Translations under genes and position numbers: made by a program
The notes under the pieces: model-generated
What the model saw: only the letters and a program-made list of their open reading frames with translations
Database searches by the model: none
What the model was told of the DNA's origin: nothing
Shown: positions 54,493 to 62,985 of the stretch, one piece after another
Layout: each line of letters begins with the position of its first letter
Numbering within the stretch: the stretch's first letter is position 1
NCBI GenBank assembly: GCA_043797125.1
Contig: JAZDPX010000033.1
Coordinates: 34,527-98,526 of the forward strand
Length of the DNA stretch: 64,000 nucleotides
From: Candidatus Omnitrophota bacterium
Lineage (GTDB): Bacteria; Omnitrophota; Gorgyraeia; JABMRG01; JAFGKX01
Direction of reading: 5' to 3'

Positions 54493-56760
54493 TTATGCCC
54501 AATCCTTTCTGAGCTCATATAACGAGTATAAAAATACAAAAAAAACCGTAACTGCGCCTACAACAATTAAAAAATTCAAATAATGGGGGTTATATTCAAA
54601 AAATATTTTATTCGCTCCCGGCCTGACGCGTACAGCCTGCAGGGTTTCCATATACTTTTGTATCCTGACGGCCTTTCCATTAACATAGGCATTCCACCCG
54701 GGGTAAAAGGTTTCTGAAAAAACAAGAAAACCTTCGCGCTTAGAATCGATAAAAACTTCCGCCTTTCCGGATGAGTATTGATTAATATTTACGTTAATAT
54801 GATCCGTCTTGTTTTTGCCGAGGTCATCAGTAAAAAAGAACCTCGGCTCATAATTATTGACCCGGTAAAGATGGGCTCTGCCTTCCTGCATTACAAATTT
54901 TAAGGAATCCAAATCTAATTTAACCGTTGAAACAATATATTTTACGTTTAAGCGCCTGAGTAAATCAAGTTTGCCGTTTAATGCGTCTTTTTTGGGCGCG
55001 ACTATGCCTAATGAATCATCAACAACGCCGATATCCTTTACTTTTGAAAAATATGCTTTATTAATCAAAGGCGAATACATTGAAATGCTGTCTAATCCGT
55101 AAAATGCGTTTAGGCTCGGGCGCAGCCACAAAGGCATGGATTTAAACTCGCCGAACGGGCATATCCTGAAAAGCTCCTTATCGTTTTGTAAATATTCAAC
55201 GATCTTTGTTTCCGCGGGCAGCACATAATTAAAATCGGCAAAATCAGCCCTAAGCCTTTTGCTGGAAATGTTAAAAATAAACAATTCCGCGCAAATTAAT
55301 AATAGACATACGTATTTAAACCTGTAAACATTCTTTGCGTATTTAAATAACCTATACAACACCAAAAAGGCGCATAAAAGCATGACAAGCGCCGTCAACG
55401 TATGCGGGTTTTGCAAAGAAAATCTTTCAAGGACCTGCGCATACACATGTCTTACCTTATCAAGATACAGCTCCATACTATACCTGTGAAAGGGCTCACC
55501 GTAAATATGCCTTATAACGTAAGACGAGGCCAATTGCAGTATTTTTTGGCCAAAAAATCCGATAATCAACTTGGCGGCCAAAAAAAGAATCAACACGCCG
55601 GATAATAAATTTAAATAAATGCGGAAAGGGAGATTGTCCGCTTTTCTTGTTTGTGAAAAAAATTCTGTAAAGCCGATACCCGATAATACGGAGAGCGAAA
55701 AAATTCCAAAATAAAGCAGCCTGGCAGGAACGCGGAAAGAATAAAAGTTAAATAGCTTTATAATAAGAATATAGGCGGGGTTATATTTTCCGAAAGCAAG
55801 GAAAACGGAAAGCAATAAAACAAAAAGAAGGGATTTTATTTTAGCATCTTGTCTTTTTATGCCGGCAGCGTAAAAAGCAAAAAACAAAGGGATTATTCCT
55901 ACAAAAAGCATATAGCCTTTCGAAAAAACAAGGCCCACATAAGGTAAAAACGCGCCAATAAGTGATAGCGGTGAAAATGAGCCCCAAAGGGCGAAGCCCG
56001 GGCCGTTGCCGGCCCTTGGCGAATACATTGAAAGCCGCCATGTTGAAACAGCCTGCGGCACACTAATTAACACTACGATGAGCAAAATAACGGCTAATTC
56101 AAGAATAACAGGCAATGCTTTTCTCTTTTCGAAAAAGCTTCTGTGTAAAAAATAAATAGCGCAAAACAGCAAAGAATAAAAGGACATCTGCATAGAACCG
56201 GCGAGAAACTGAATGCCCATTATGGCGGCGGCTATCAATAAATAGGCTTTCTTGTCTTCCTCAAAATATTTCTCGAATAAAAATAGAATCAGCGGAAACC
56301 ACGCCAGGCAAATAACTGCCGGCATGCTGATTAGAAAACCGGCGTAAATACTGCCGAAACAAATGCACAGAGCTGAAATTAAGCCTCCCAGCATACAGGC
56401 CTTAAGTTTTCTGGCATAAAAATATGTAAAAACACCGGATAATACAAAATGCAAGAGGAATGAATAGTTATAGGCTATCTTAAATGGCAAAAAGAAATAA
56501 AAAAGGATATGCATCGGATATAAAGCGCCTATCTGGCCCTCTGCAAATAAAGGAAACCCGCATTGCACGTACCTGGTCCATAAAGGCAGATGCAGCGCTT
56601 TTACGCTGTTTGCGTAAATGTTGAGCCATGGAAAAAATTGCTGCAGATAATCAGCCCTTATTAAGCCTGCTTTTAAAATCACCGCGTCAAAAAACACATA
56701 AATTATAATACTTGCGAATATCAGGAAAAAAAGGATATGCTCTTTTATTTTCATATTCAT
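54493..56760 (-). CDS. Large polytopic membrane protein (YfhO-like / GT-C-like)
   Basis: 755 aa with more than 12 TM helices plus a C-terminal soluble domain. Confidence 0.4.
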   Translation of the reverse strand: MNMKIKEHILFFLIFASIIIYVFFDAVILKAGLIRADYLQQFFPWLNIYANSVKALHLPLWTRYVQCGFPLFAEGQIGALYPMHILFYFFLPFKIAYNYSFLLHFVLSGVFTYFYARKLKACMLGGLISALCICFGSIYAGFLISMPAVICLAWFPLILFLFEKYFEEDKKAYLLIAAAIMGIQFLAGSMQMSFYSLLFCAIYFLHRSFFEKRKALPVILELAVILLIVVLISVPQAVSTWRLSMYSPRAGNGPGFALWGSFSPLSLIGAFLPYVGLVFSKGYMLFVGIIPLFFAFYAAGIKRQDAKIKSLLFVLLLSVFLAFGKYNPAYILIIKLFNFYSFRVPARLLYFGIFSLSVLSGIGFTEFFSQTRKADNLPFRIYLNLLSGVLILFLAAKLIIGFFGQKILQLASSYVIRHIYGEPFHRYSMELYLDKVRHVYAQVLERFSLQNPHTLTALVMLLCAFLVLYRLFKYAKNVYRFKYVCLLLICAELFIFNISSKRLRADFADFNYVLPAETKIVEYLQNDKELFRICPFGEFKSMPLWLRPSLNAFYGLDSISMYSPLINKAYFSKVKDIGVVDDSLGIVAPKKDALNGKLDLLRRLNVKYIVSTVKLDLDSLKFVMQEGRAHLYRVNNYEPRFFFTDDLGKNKTDHINVNINQYSSGKAEVFIDSKREGFLVFSETFYPGWNAYVNGKAVRIQKYMETLQAVRVRPGANKIFFEYNPHYLNFLIVVGAVTVFFVFLYSLYELRKDWA

Positions 56761-56928
56761 CTGGATTCTACTTCATAAATGGTCAAGCAGGGCCCCATAA
56801 GCTTGCGCGCAAATAGCTCGTCTGTCGTGACGGGCAAAGCCGTTGTGTCCGTGCTGTCGTAACGAAATCTGATTCCTCCGTCGTAATAGGGGCTAAATTC
56901 CTTAACAATTACCGCATGGTTTTTCAAC

Positions 56929-58476
56929 TTATTCAAAAAAAAAATCATTTTTTACATCCTGGCCTTTGCTGTTAATCACTATATACTTAATGTCGAGCTT
57001 CTTTATCAAATCAAAATCATATAAAACTGCGGGCACCGTAGAGAAAAACTGCCCCTGTTTCTGGGCCTTCCCCGATAAAAAGAAAATGTTGTATGTTTTT
57101 GCATCTTGCATCCGGATAGCCTTTTCCAAAAATTCGAGCTTTTTTGTCTTGGCGCTTTTTAGCTCCCGTTGCATTTCTAAGGCGCCGCGTTTCTGCTCGA
57201 TCTGTTCTCGCGTCTGGCTTATTGGCGGCCTAAAAAAGGTATGATCAACTGCAATTTTTGTATAAGCGGGAATGTTTTTCTGGATCCAATCCATGCAGAG
57301 AACCCTTGTATCTGTCCCGGAAAAAAGTATATCCGCTTTTACAGATTTTATAACGCCTGGCGCAATTATAACTGCCGCAAAAAATATAACTACAAATTTT
57401 TGCATGCGGCTTCTGGCTTTGGGCATCAACACCTTAAACACTAAAAAGGCCGCTGACATAACAATAAAAGGCACAAGAGGCAAAACATACCTGGAATACC
57501 TCTGGCTTCTTATTGCCAGATGCAGGTAAAAAAGAACCGGGAAAGACAAGAAAAAGACAGCCCCGCCTTTTTTCTTTCTTATCAGGATAAAAACCGCGCC
57601 CAGCAAACCGGATGCTAAAAGCGCTATGCCTAAGCCTTCAAACAACGAATATTGCAAATGATGCAACCAGCCGATATAAGAATTTCTGATTCTTCCGGTA
57701 ACGCTTTCTATAAAAAAGCCGCTATCTAAGACCGAAAACGGGTTTGTCGCAATAAAGGCGGCTACTGCGGCAAAGATTCCTGCCCATAGCCTCTTATCTG
57801 CAATTATCTTCTTTTTATGCCTGTTACCATCAAAAACAATTTTGCAATGCGCTATAAATAAGCTTCCCAGCAATAACGCGGCATTGTACTTTATGCTTGC
57901 TGCCAATCCGATAAGTGCGCCTGAAAATACATAGTTGGAAAAAAGCGGCGCATCCATCATTCTGCATAACAAAAGATATGTCAAAAGAATAAAAAACACC
58001 ATCCAGTTATCGGTATAAGCGTAGTGGGCGTTTACAACGCATAAAAAAGCAGCCCCTACGCATAAAGCCGTGTAAAATGCCCCTTCTTTTCCGAACAGCC
58101 TTACGTATACCAGGTACGATAACCATATCGATATTGTCCCTGGAATTAAAGCCAAAACAACTCTTGCAATCAGATAAAATAGTGAGGGGTCAACAAAAAA
58201 CCTTATTGCAAAATCGTCTGTAGATAAAAAAAACCCGAAGGCCTTGCCTGTTAAAAAAAAGATGCCGTAACAAATAAACAACAGATATGAACAAAGCGGG
58301 GGGATTATAAAAAAATGAGGGTTAAAATCACCCCCGCCGTAAGCTAATGCATGGTTTACAACAATTGGTTCATCCTGATGGAACTGATGGGGCAGCCCAA
58401 AACCTATGCCCCAGAGCCTTAAGGCAAAACCAAAAAAAATTATTATCAGCAAAATATATTTTTTATGGAATTTCAT
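56929..58476 (-). CDS. GT-C fold membrane glycosyltransferase (GT39/GT83, ArnT/PMT-like)
   Basis: GIGFGLPHQFHQDEPIVVNHAL is the canonical loop-1 DE motif. The ATG directly follows the upstream TAA (TAAATG). Confidence 0.6.
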   Translation of the reverse strand: MKFHKKYILLIIIFFGFALRLWGIGFGLPHQFHQDEPIVVNHALAYGGGDFNPHFFIIPPLCSYLLFICYGIFFLTGKAFGFFLSTDDFAIRFFVDPSLFYLIARVVLALIPGTISIWLSYLVYVRLFGKEGAFYTALCVGAAFLCVVNAHYAYTDNWMVFFILLTYLLLCRMMDAPLFSNYVFSGALIGLAASIKYNAALLLGSLFIAHCKIVFDGNRHKKKIIADKRLWAGIFAAVAAFIATNPFSVLDSGFFIESVTGRIRNSYIGWLHHLQYSLFEGLGIALLASGLLGAVFILIRKKKGGAVFFLSFPVLFYLHLAIRSQRYSRYVLPLVPFIVMSAAFLVFKVLMPKARSRMQKFVVIFFAAVIIAPGVIKSVKADILFSGTDTRVLCMDWIQKNIPAYTKIAVDHTFFRPPISQTREQIEQKRGALEMQRELKSAKTKKLEFLEKAIRMQDAKTYNIFFLSGKAQKQGQFFSTVPAVLYDFDLIKKLDIKYIVINSKGQDVKNDFFFE

Positions 58477-59187
58477 TTAATCCCTATGCAGTTTTTTAAT
58501 CTTTATCAGATCAATAAACATGCTGACTGAACTTGCAACTGCCCTTACCTTGCTTTGAGGCGAATTATTCCACACAACCCCCGCCTCTTTAACCTTATAA
58601 CCTTTTAACTTTGCCAGGTACAATAACTCAACATCAAAACAAAAACTGTCTATTTTAAGAAGCAATGCGAGCCTTCTGGCAGCGTCCCCTTTGAAGAGTT
58701 TAAAACCGCACTGCGTATCATTAAATTCCTCAAGAAGAAATAATTTAACAAAGGCGTTAAATACCTTTCCCATCCTTTCCCTATACCATGGCTGATGAAT
58801 CCTAACGTCTGAGTCTATAGCGCTGCGCGAACCGATAACAATATCATAGCCTTCGGACATGACGCCAAGGAGCTTGTCTAATTCTTCAATAGGCGTAGAC
58901 AGGTCTGCGTCGGTAAACAAGACATACTCCCCTTTTGTTGCTAAAATCCCTCTTTTGACAGAAAAGCCCTTGCCTACATTTATCCAGTTTTTTATTACGC
59001 AAAGATTCCCTTCCGTAAATAACGAACTTCCCTGAGCTTCAACAACGGTTTTGTCCGCGCTGCCATCATCCACAACAATGACTTCATAATCAAAGCCTTT
59101 GGCGCGCAAAAAATCGTATATATTGGATAGGGTCGCCTTTATGCGCTTTTCTTCGTTATATGCGGGTATTACGATTGATAAGTACAT
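58477..59187 (-). CDS. GT2 polyprenyl-phosphate sugar synthase (ArnC/DPM1-like)
   Basis: LSIVIPAYNEEKRI...VIVVDDGSADKT. It is paired with the downstream GT-C, as in arnC-arnT. Confidence 0.75.
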   Translation of the reverse strand: MYLSIVIPAYNEEKRIKATLSNIYDFLRAKGFDYEVIVVDDGSADKTVVEAQGSSLFTEGNLCVIKNWINVGKGFSVKRGILATKGEYVLFTDADLSTPIEELDKLLGVMSEGYDIVIGSRSAIDSDVRIHQPWYRERMGKVFNAFVKLFLLEEFNDTQCGFKLFKGDAARRLALLLKIDSFCFDVELLYLAKLKGYKVKEAGVVWNNSPQSKVRAVASSVSMFIDLIKIKKLHRD

Positions 59188-59188
59188 G

Positions 59189-59216
59189 GTTCATTGTTCA
59201 TTGTTCATGGTTCGTT
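59189..59216. repeat. Heptanucleotide tandem repeat x4 (gttcatt/gttcatg/gttcgtt) spanning the stop and start of adjacent GT genes
   Basis: gttcatt gttcatt gttcatg gttcgtt read directly. The upstream gene's TGA (59200..59198) lies inside the repeat. Each unit carries an ATG on the coding strand. Confidence 0.6.
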
Positions 59217-60154
59217 GATTGTAACTGCTTGCGTCTTTTATTCCTGTAAAGATACAGCGCCTTTATGAAACCTCTTATTAGCCCCCAGCCGTAAGAAAAG
59301 TGTATGACAAAAAATATCAAAGGAAAGACAATCGCCCCTGCCGGGCTTTTATTTTTTGCGGATTCTACGATACCGCCGAAAATTATAAAGGCCAGATAGC
59401 ACAGCGCCGGGACAGCAGCAGGCTTATACAATACGAGTAACATCGGCAAAAAACTCATGTATATGGAAAAAAGCGCCACCAAAATAAATTCGAGCTCTAT
59501 GTGCGGCTTTTCCTGCACAATTATTTCTTTTTGCGGCCTTGTTATGCCGTATTTAAATATCTGCCTTGCAAATGACCATAAGTCTTTTCTTCGTTTATGG
59601 TATATGACCACATCTGAAGATTTCGCTATCTTAAAACCAGCTGCCTGCGCCCTTGAAAAAAACTCTCTTTCCTCTGCGGGGTATAAAAAGGGGTGAAAAT
59701 ATCCTATTTTCTCAAAAACCTCCCTTTTTACAAAACAATTGGCGCTTGTAATATCAAATTCCGTGGCATTAAAATTTATATCGCCCCTTTTATAACGATT
59801 GCTGATCTTAAAAGTCCCGAAGCCTGATGCCAATGCTATGCCTGAAAGCTTTGCAAAAAATTCATCTGTCTTTGGCGTAAGCTGCGGCCCGCCAAGAATA
59901 TCATAACCATGATAGGCCTTAAAAAAATTATCCGCCTTATCCAAGAGGTCTTTTTCAAAAATTGCCTCGTCGTCCAGCAGCAGCATGATTTCGCCTTTTG
60001 ACCTCTTAATGGCCTTGTTTCTGTTCTTTGACGGATTTTTGCCTTCCTCTATTATAACCTCAAAGGCGCCTTTAGGATAATCAAGCCTGGCAATGGAATC
60101 TTTCACCTCAACTTTTCTTCCCGGGCCTACCGGTATTATCAATGAGTATCTCAT
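59198..60154 (-). CDS. GT2-like glycosyltransferase with C-terminal TM helices
   Basis: YSLIIPVG N-terminal GT-A start and LLLDDE. Two or three C-terminal TM segments. Confidence 0.5.
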   Translation of the reverse strand: MRYSLIIPVGPGRKVEVKDSIARLDYPKGAFEVIIEEGKNPSKNRNKAIKRSKGEIMLLLDDEAIFEKDLLDKADNFFKAYHGYDILGGPQLTPKTDEFFAKLSGIALASGFGTFKISNRYKRGDINFNATEFDITSANCFVKREVFEKIGYFHPFLYPAEEREFFSRAQAAGFKIAKSSDVVIYHKRRKDLWSFARQIFKYGITRPQKEIIVQEKPHIELEFILVALFSIYMSFLPMLLVLYKPAAVPALCYLAFIIFGGIVESAKNKSPAGAIVFPLIFFVIHFSYGWGLIRGFIKALYLYRNKRRKQLQSTNHEQ

Positions 60155-61542
60155 TTGAATTTTATCTTATATAGGGCGATCCTATCAGAGACGCTTATCG
60201 GGGCGTAGTCAAAATTATACGTCAAAGATGTTTCTTCAAGAAACCGAGGCTGCATTACGCAATAGGCATCGTGAATGCCTTCGTTAACAATTCTATCGTA
60301 CGATTGCCTGCTGAGAATTTCGGCAAAATCGCAGTAGAATGTCTCGCAATAACTTATGCCGTATAAATACACCTTCTCGCCTTTTAAGTGCAGCTTTCTT
60401 GCGTAACCCGAGACCTCTTTAACCTCAGGATTGAAATCCAGTTTGAATGCCCACGATATCGGAACCTGAATAACCATGCCAATTAATATAACGGCTAAAA
60501 GAATCCTAAAGGCCATGCCTTTAAAAAATCTTTCCACAAACAGGGCTGATGAAAGCGCAAGCGCCGGGTAAATAGGCATTATATACCAATGCAGTTTTGT
60601 TTTTACTGCCGTATACAATACGTATGTTGCCGTTATCCAGCAGCATAATAAAAGAGCTTTTTTATCTTTGTGCCTTATTGCCTGCCATAAAACATAAAAT
60701 ACGGATAAATACATAAGGATAGACCATGGTTTATTTTTATTAAAAATTGCCTTCTGGTAAAAATTCAGGCCTCCTGTATGCTCCTGAATACCGTGCGCCG
60801 CCCTTTGAAATATATGGAGCCCGAAATATTCTTTTATAGCCTGCGGCCCGATATAAATATACTGAAGCAAATGCCAGCCGAATATAATCGCAAAACCAAC
60901 TAATATCCCTGCGATAAAATGCTTTTTGAATAAATAACGCCAATTGCCGGAAACGATGCAATACAGAAAAATTATTATAGGCCCAAGAAATGCGGCAAAG
61001 CCCTTCATGAGATACGCCAGGCCCAATACAGCGCCGGAATAAAACAGGTATTTATGATTATTCTCGCCCTTCCAGAAAAAATAAATCATTAATAAGATAA
61101 AAAAGGCCATAGCGACATCCATGGTGCCTGCCTTGCTAAAATGCTCAAAATGAGGCGTTGCCAAAAGTAAAAGCGGCGCGATAATGGCGGATCTGGCGGC
61201 GCCGAACATCTTAATAAAAATATATACAAGCATTATTGCGGCAATTCCGAAAAGCCCGGAAGTCAAGCGCGTAGAAAACTCGGTTCTGCCAAATATCTTA
61301 TAAAAACATGTTGTCGCCCACATGTACAGCGGCGGTTTATCAAACCAGGGGTCATTAATATAATGAAGCTTGACCCAGTTACCGCCATTGAGCATGTTCG
61401 TGGATATATTTGCGTATATTGCCTCATCCCACGTGGATAAACTGCCTGTGCCTATATTCCCAAGGATATATATCGAGGCAAATATTAACAATAACCAGAA
61501 CACTTTATCTTTAAAAATAGATTCTTTCATTATATCGACCAT
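60151..61542 (-). CDS. GT-C fold membrane glycosyltransferase (GT83/GT39, ArnT/PMT-like)
   Basis: GTGSLSTWDEAIYAN loop-1 DE motif. Polytopic. Confidence 0.6.
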   Translation of the reverse strand: MVDIMKESIFKDKVFWLLLIFASIYILGNIGTGSLSTWDEAIYANISTNMLNGGNWVKLHYINDPWFDKPPLYMWATTCFYKIFGRTEFSTRLTSGLFGIAAIMLVYIFIKMFGAARSAIIAPLLLLATPHFEHFSKAGTMDVAMAFFILLMIYFFWKGENNHKYLFYSGAVLGLAYLMKGFAAFLGPIIIFLYCIVSGNWRYLFKKHFIAGILVGFAIIFGWHLLQYIYIGPQAIKEYFGLHIFQRAAHGIQEHTGGLNFYQKAIFNKNKPWSILMYLSVFYVLWQAIRHKDKKALLLCCWITATYVLYTAVKTKLHWYIMPIYPALALSSALFVERFFKGMAFRILLAVILIGMVIQVPISWAFKLDFNPEVKEVSGYARKLHLKGEKVYLYGISYCETFYCDFAEILSRQSYDRIVNEGIHDAYCVMQPRFLEETSLTYNFDYAPISVSDRIALYKIKFK

Positions 61543-61568
61543 CGACCATCGACTATCGACTATCGACT
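61534..61568. repeat. Heptanucleotide tandem repeat x5 (atcgacc x2, atcgact x3) containing the upstream stop codon and the downstream start codon
   Basis: Read directly. The TAG of 61553..61780 (61555..61553) and the ATG of 60151..61542 both lie inside the repeat. A second ATG sits 7 nt upstream in the +1 frame. Confidence 0.65.
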
Positions 61569-61780
61569 ATTTTAATGCTTCTATGTTTATTCAATATCCG
61601 CTGTATGTAACCTTTTTTTTCAAGCGCAAGAAGTTTGTCAACCGCAGATTTATATGAAACTATCCCGCAAGACTCTTGAATCTCGCGTATATAAGGAGCC
61701 TTGTTGTTCTGCGCCATATAGCGCTTGATAAAATCATACACGGCCTTTTGTTTTTTTGTAAGCTTTGCCAATTCCATCAT
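61553..61780 (-). CDS. LexA-type winged-helix DNA-binding domain protein (no peptidase domain), 75 aa
   Basis: LTKKQKAVYDFIKRYMAQNNKAPYIREIQESCGIVSYKSAVDKLLALEKKGYI aligns position by position with the LexA N-terminal DNA-binding domain. Confidence 0.55.
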   Translation of the reverse strand: MMELAKLTKKQKAVYDFIKRYMAQNNKAPYIREIQESCGIVSYKSAVDKLLALEKKGYIQRILNKHRSIKIVDSR

Positions 61781-62898
61781 GCCAGCCCTCTTTTCTTTAA
61801 TTCTTCCATTGCGTCGGATATTTTATCTTCGCAACTCTGCTGCCTGACCCAATTGATCAAATCGTTCATTCCTTCTTCAAAACTAACCGACGGGGTAAAC
61901 TTCAGCATCTTTTTGATTTTGGTTATATCCGCGAAACAATGCCTGATATCGCCCTGCCTGAATTTATTCTTTATCTCTGGAAGCAGCCCCTTGGAGGGAT
62001 TGATCTTTCTAATAAGTATCTTGGCTATCTCTAATATGTTGATGCTTTTGCCGGTTCCAACATTGAAAACATTGTAATCCGCCCGCTCTTTTGTCATGGC
62101 TAAAACGTTCGCTTTTAATATATCTTTTATATGAATAAAATCCCTGCTTTGCAATCCGTCTTCAAATATAATGGGTTTATTGCCATTTAAAATGCGCGCG
62201 GAAAATATCGCGCACACACCGGTATACGGATTGGACAGCGCCTGCCTTGGCCCGTAAACATTAAAATACCTCAAAGCAACAACAGGTATCTTGTACGCGT
62301 TGCCTATTGCTAAAAACATCTCTTCATGATCCCTCTTGCCTATTGCGTATATGGATGTCGGGGAAAGCGTCTTTGCCTCATCCGTAGCTACAGCCTTCGC
62401 TTTTGTCCCGCATAGAGGACAGAGCATTTCCCATTTTTTTTGCTTAAGCTGTTTTTGCGGCCTTAACTGCGGGTATATATTTGAGCATTTTTTACAGTTG
62501 TATTTACCTTCGCCATAGATAGACATGGATGAGGCAACTATCATTTTCTTGATATTGTGCTTTTCATTAGCCAGTACATCCAACATGGTTGCAGCCCCAA
62601 GCGAATTGCCCTGCGTATACCTTGCAATTTCATACATAGACTGGCCTACCCCGACAAGCGCTGCCTGATGAAATAATATATCCACGCCCTTAATCGCCTT
62701 TTTGAATGCGTCTCTATCCAGAATATCCGCATTAATAAATTCGGCATCCCTGTTTAAATATCCGGGCGCAAGTCTGGCCACGCCGTGCACCTGCGGCTGC
62801 AGGTTGTCATATATTTTAACGCTATGGCCCTGGTTTACAAGTTCATCAACCAAATGAGAGCCTATGAAGCCTGCGCCGCCCGTAACGAGTATTTTCAT
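61777..62898 (-). CDS. NAD-dependent sugar epimerase (extended SDR) with Cys4 zinc-ribbon insertion
   Basis: ILVTGGAGFIGSHLVDEL and the YAIGK catalytic region. The insertion CKKCSNIY...LCPLCG is present. A strong AGGAG RBS lies upstream. Confidence 0.75.
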   Translation of the reverse strand: MKILVTGGAGFIGSHLVDELVNQGHSVKIYDNLQPQVHGVARLAPGYLNRDAEFINADILDRDAFKKAIKGVDILFHQAALVGVGQSMYEIARYTQGNSLGAATMLDVLANEKHNIKKMIVASSMSIYGEGKYNCKKCSNIYPQLRPQKQLKQKKWEMLCPLCGTKAKAVATDEAKTLSPTSIYAIGKRDHEEMFLAIGNAYKIPVVALRYFNVYGPRQALSNPYTGVCAIFSARILNGNKPIIFEDGLQSRDFIHIKDILKANVLAMTKERADYNVFNVGTGKSINILEIAKILIRKINPSKGLLPEIKNKFRQGDIRHCFADITKIKKMLKFTPSVSFEEGMNDLINWVRQQSCEDKISDAMEELKKRGLA

Positions 62899-62912
62899 AA
62901 AAACTCCTAACT

Positions 62913-62985
62913 GGTTAATTGGTTAATTGGTTAATTGGTTAATTGGTTAATTAACCACTCACCACTCACCACTCACCAATTAACC
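62913..62985. repeat. Composite tandem repeat filling the intergenic space: (ggttaatt)x5 - aacc - (actcacc)x3 - aattaacc (inverted copy)
   Basis: Read directly. ggttaattaacc is palindromic. The terminal aattaacc contains the TAA of the upstream epimerase gene. Confidence 0.65.

Noticed and set aside
56757-56948. 63-aa minus-strand ORF filling the 168-nt gap between the YfhO-like and GT-C genes
   Set aside because: No motif, and it overlaps both neighbours. It could be a genuine small protein but there is no supporting signal. It is left unannotated.
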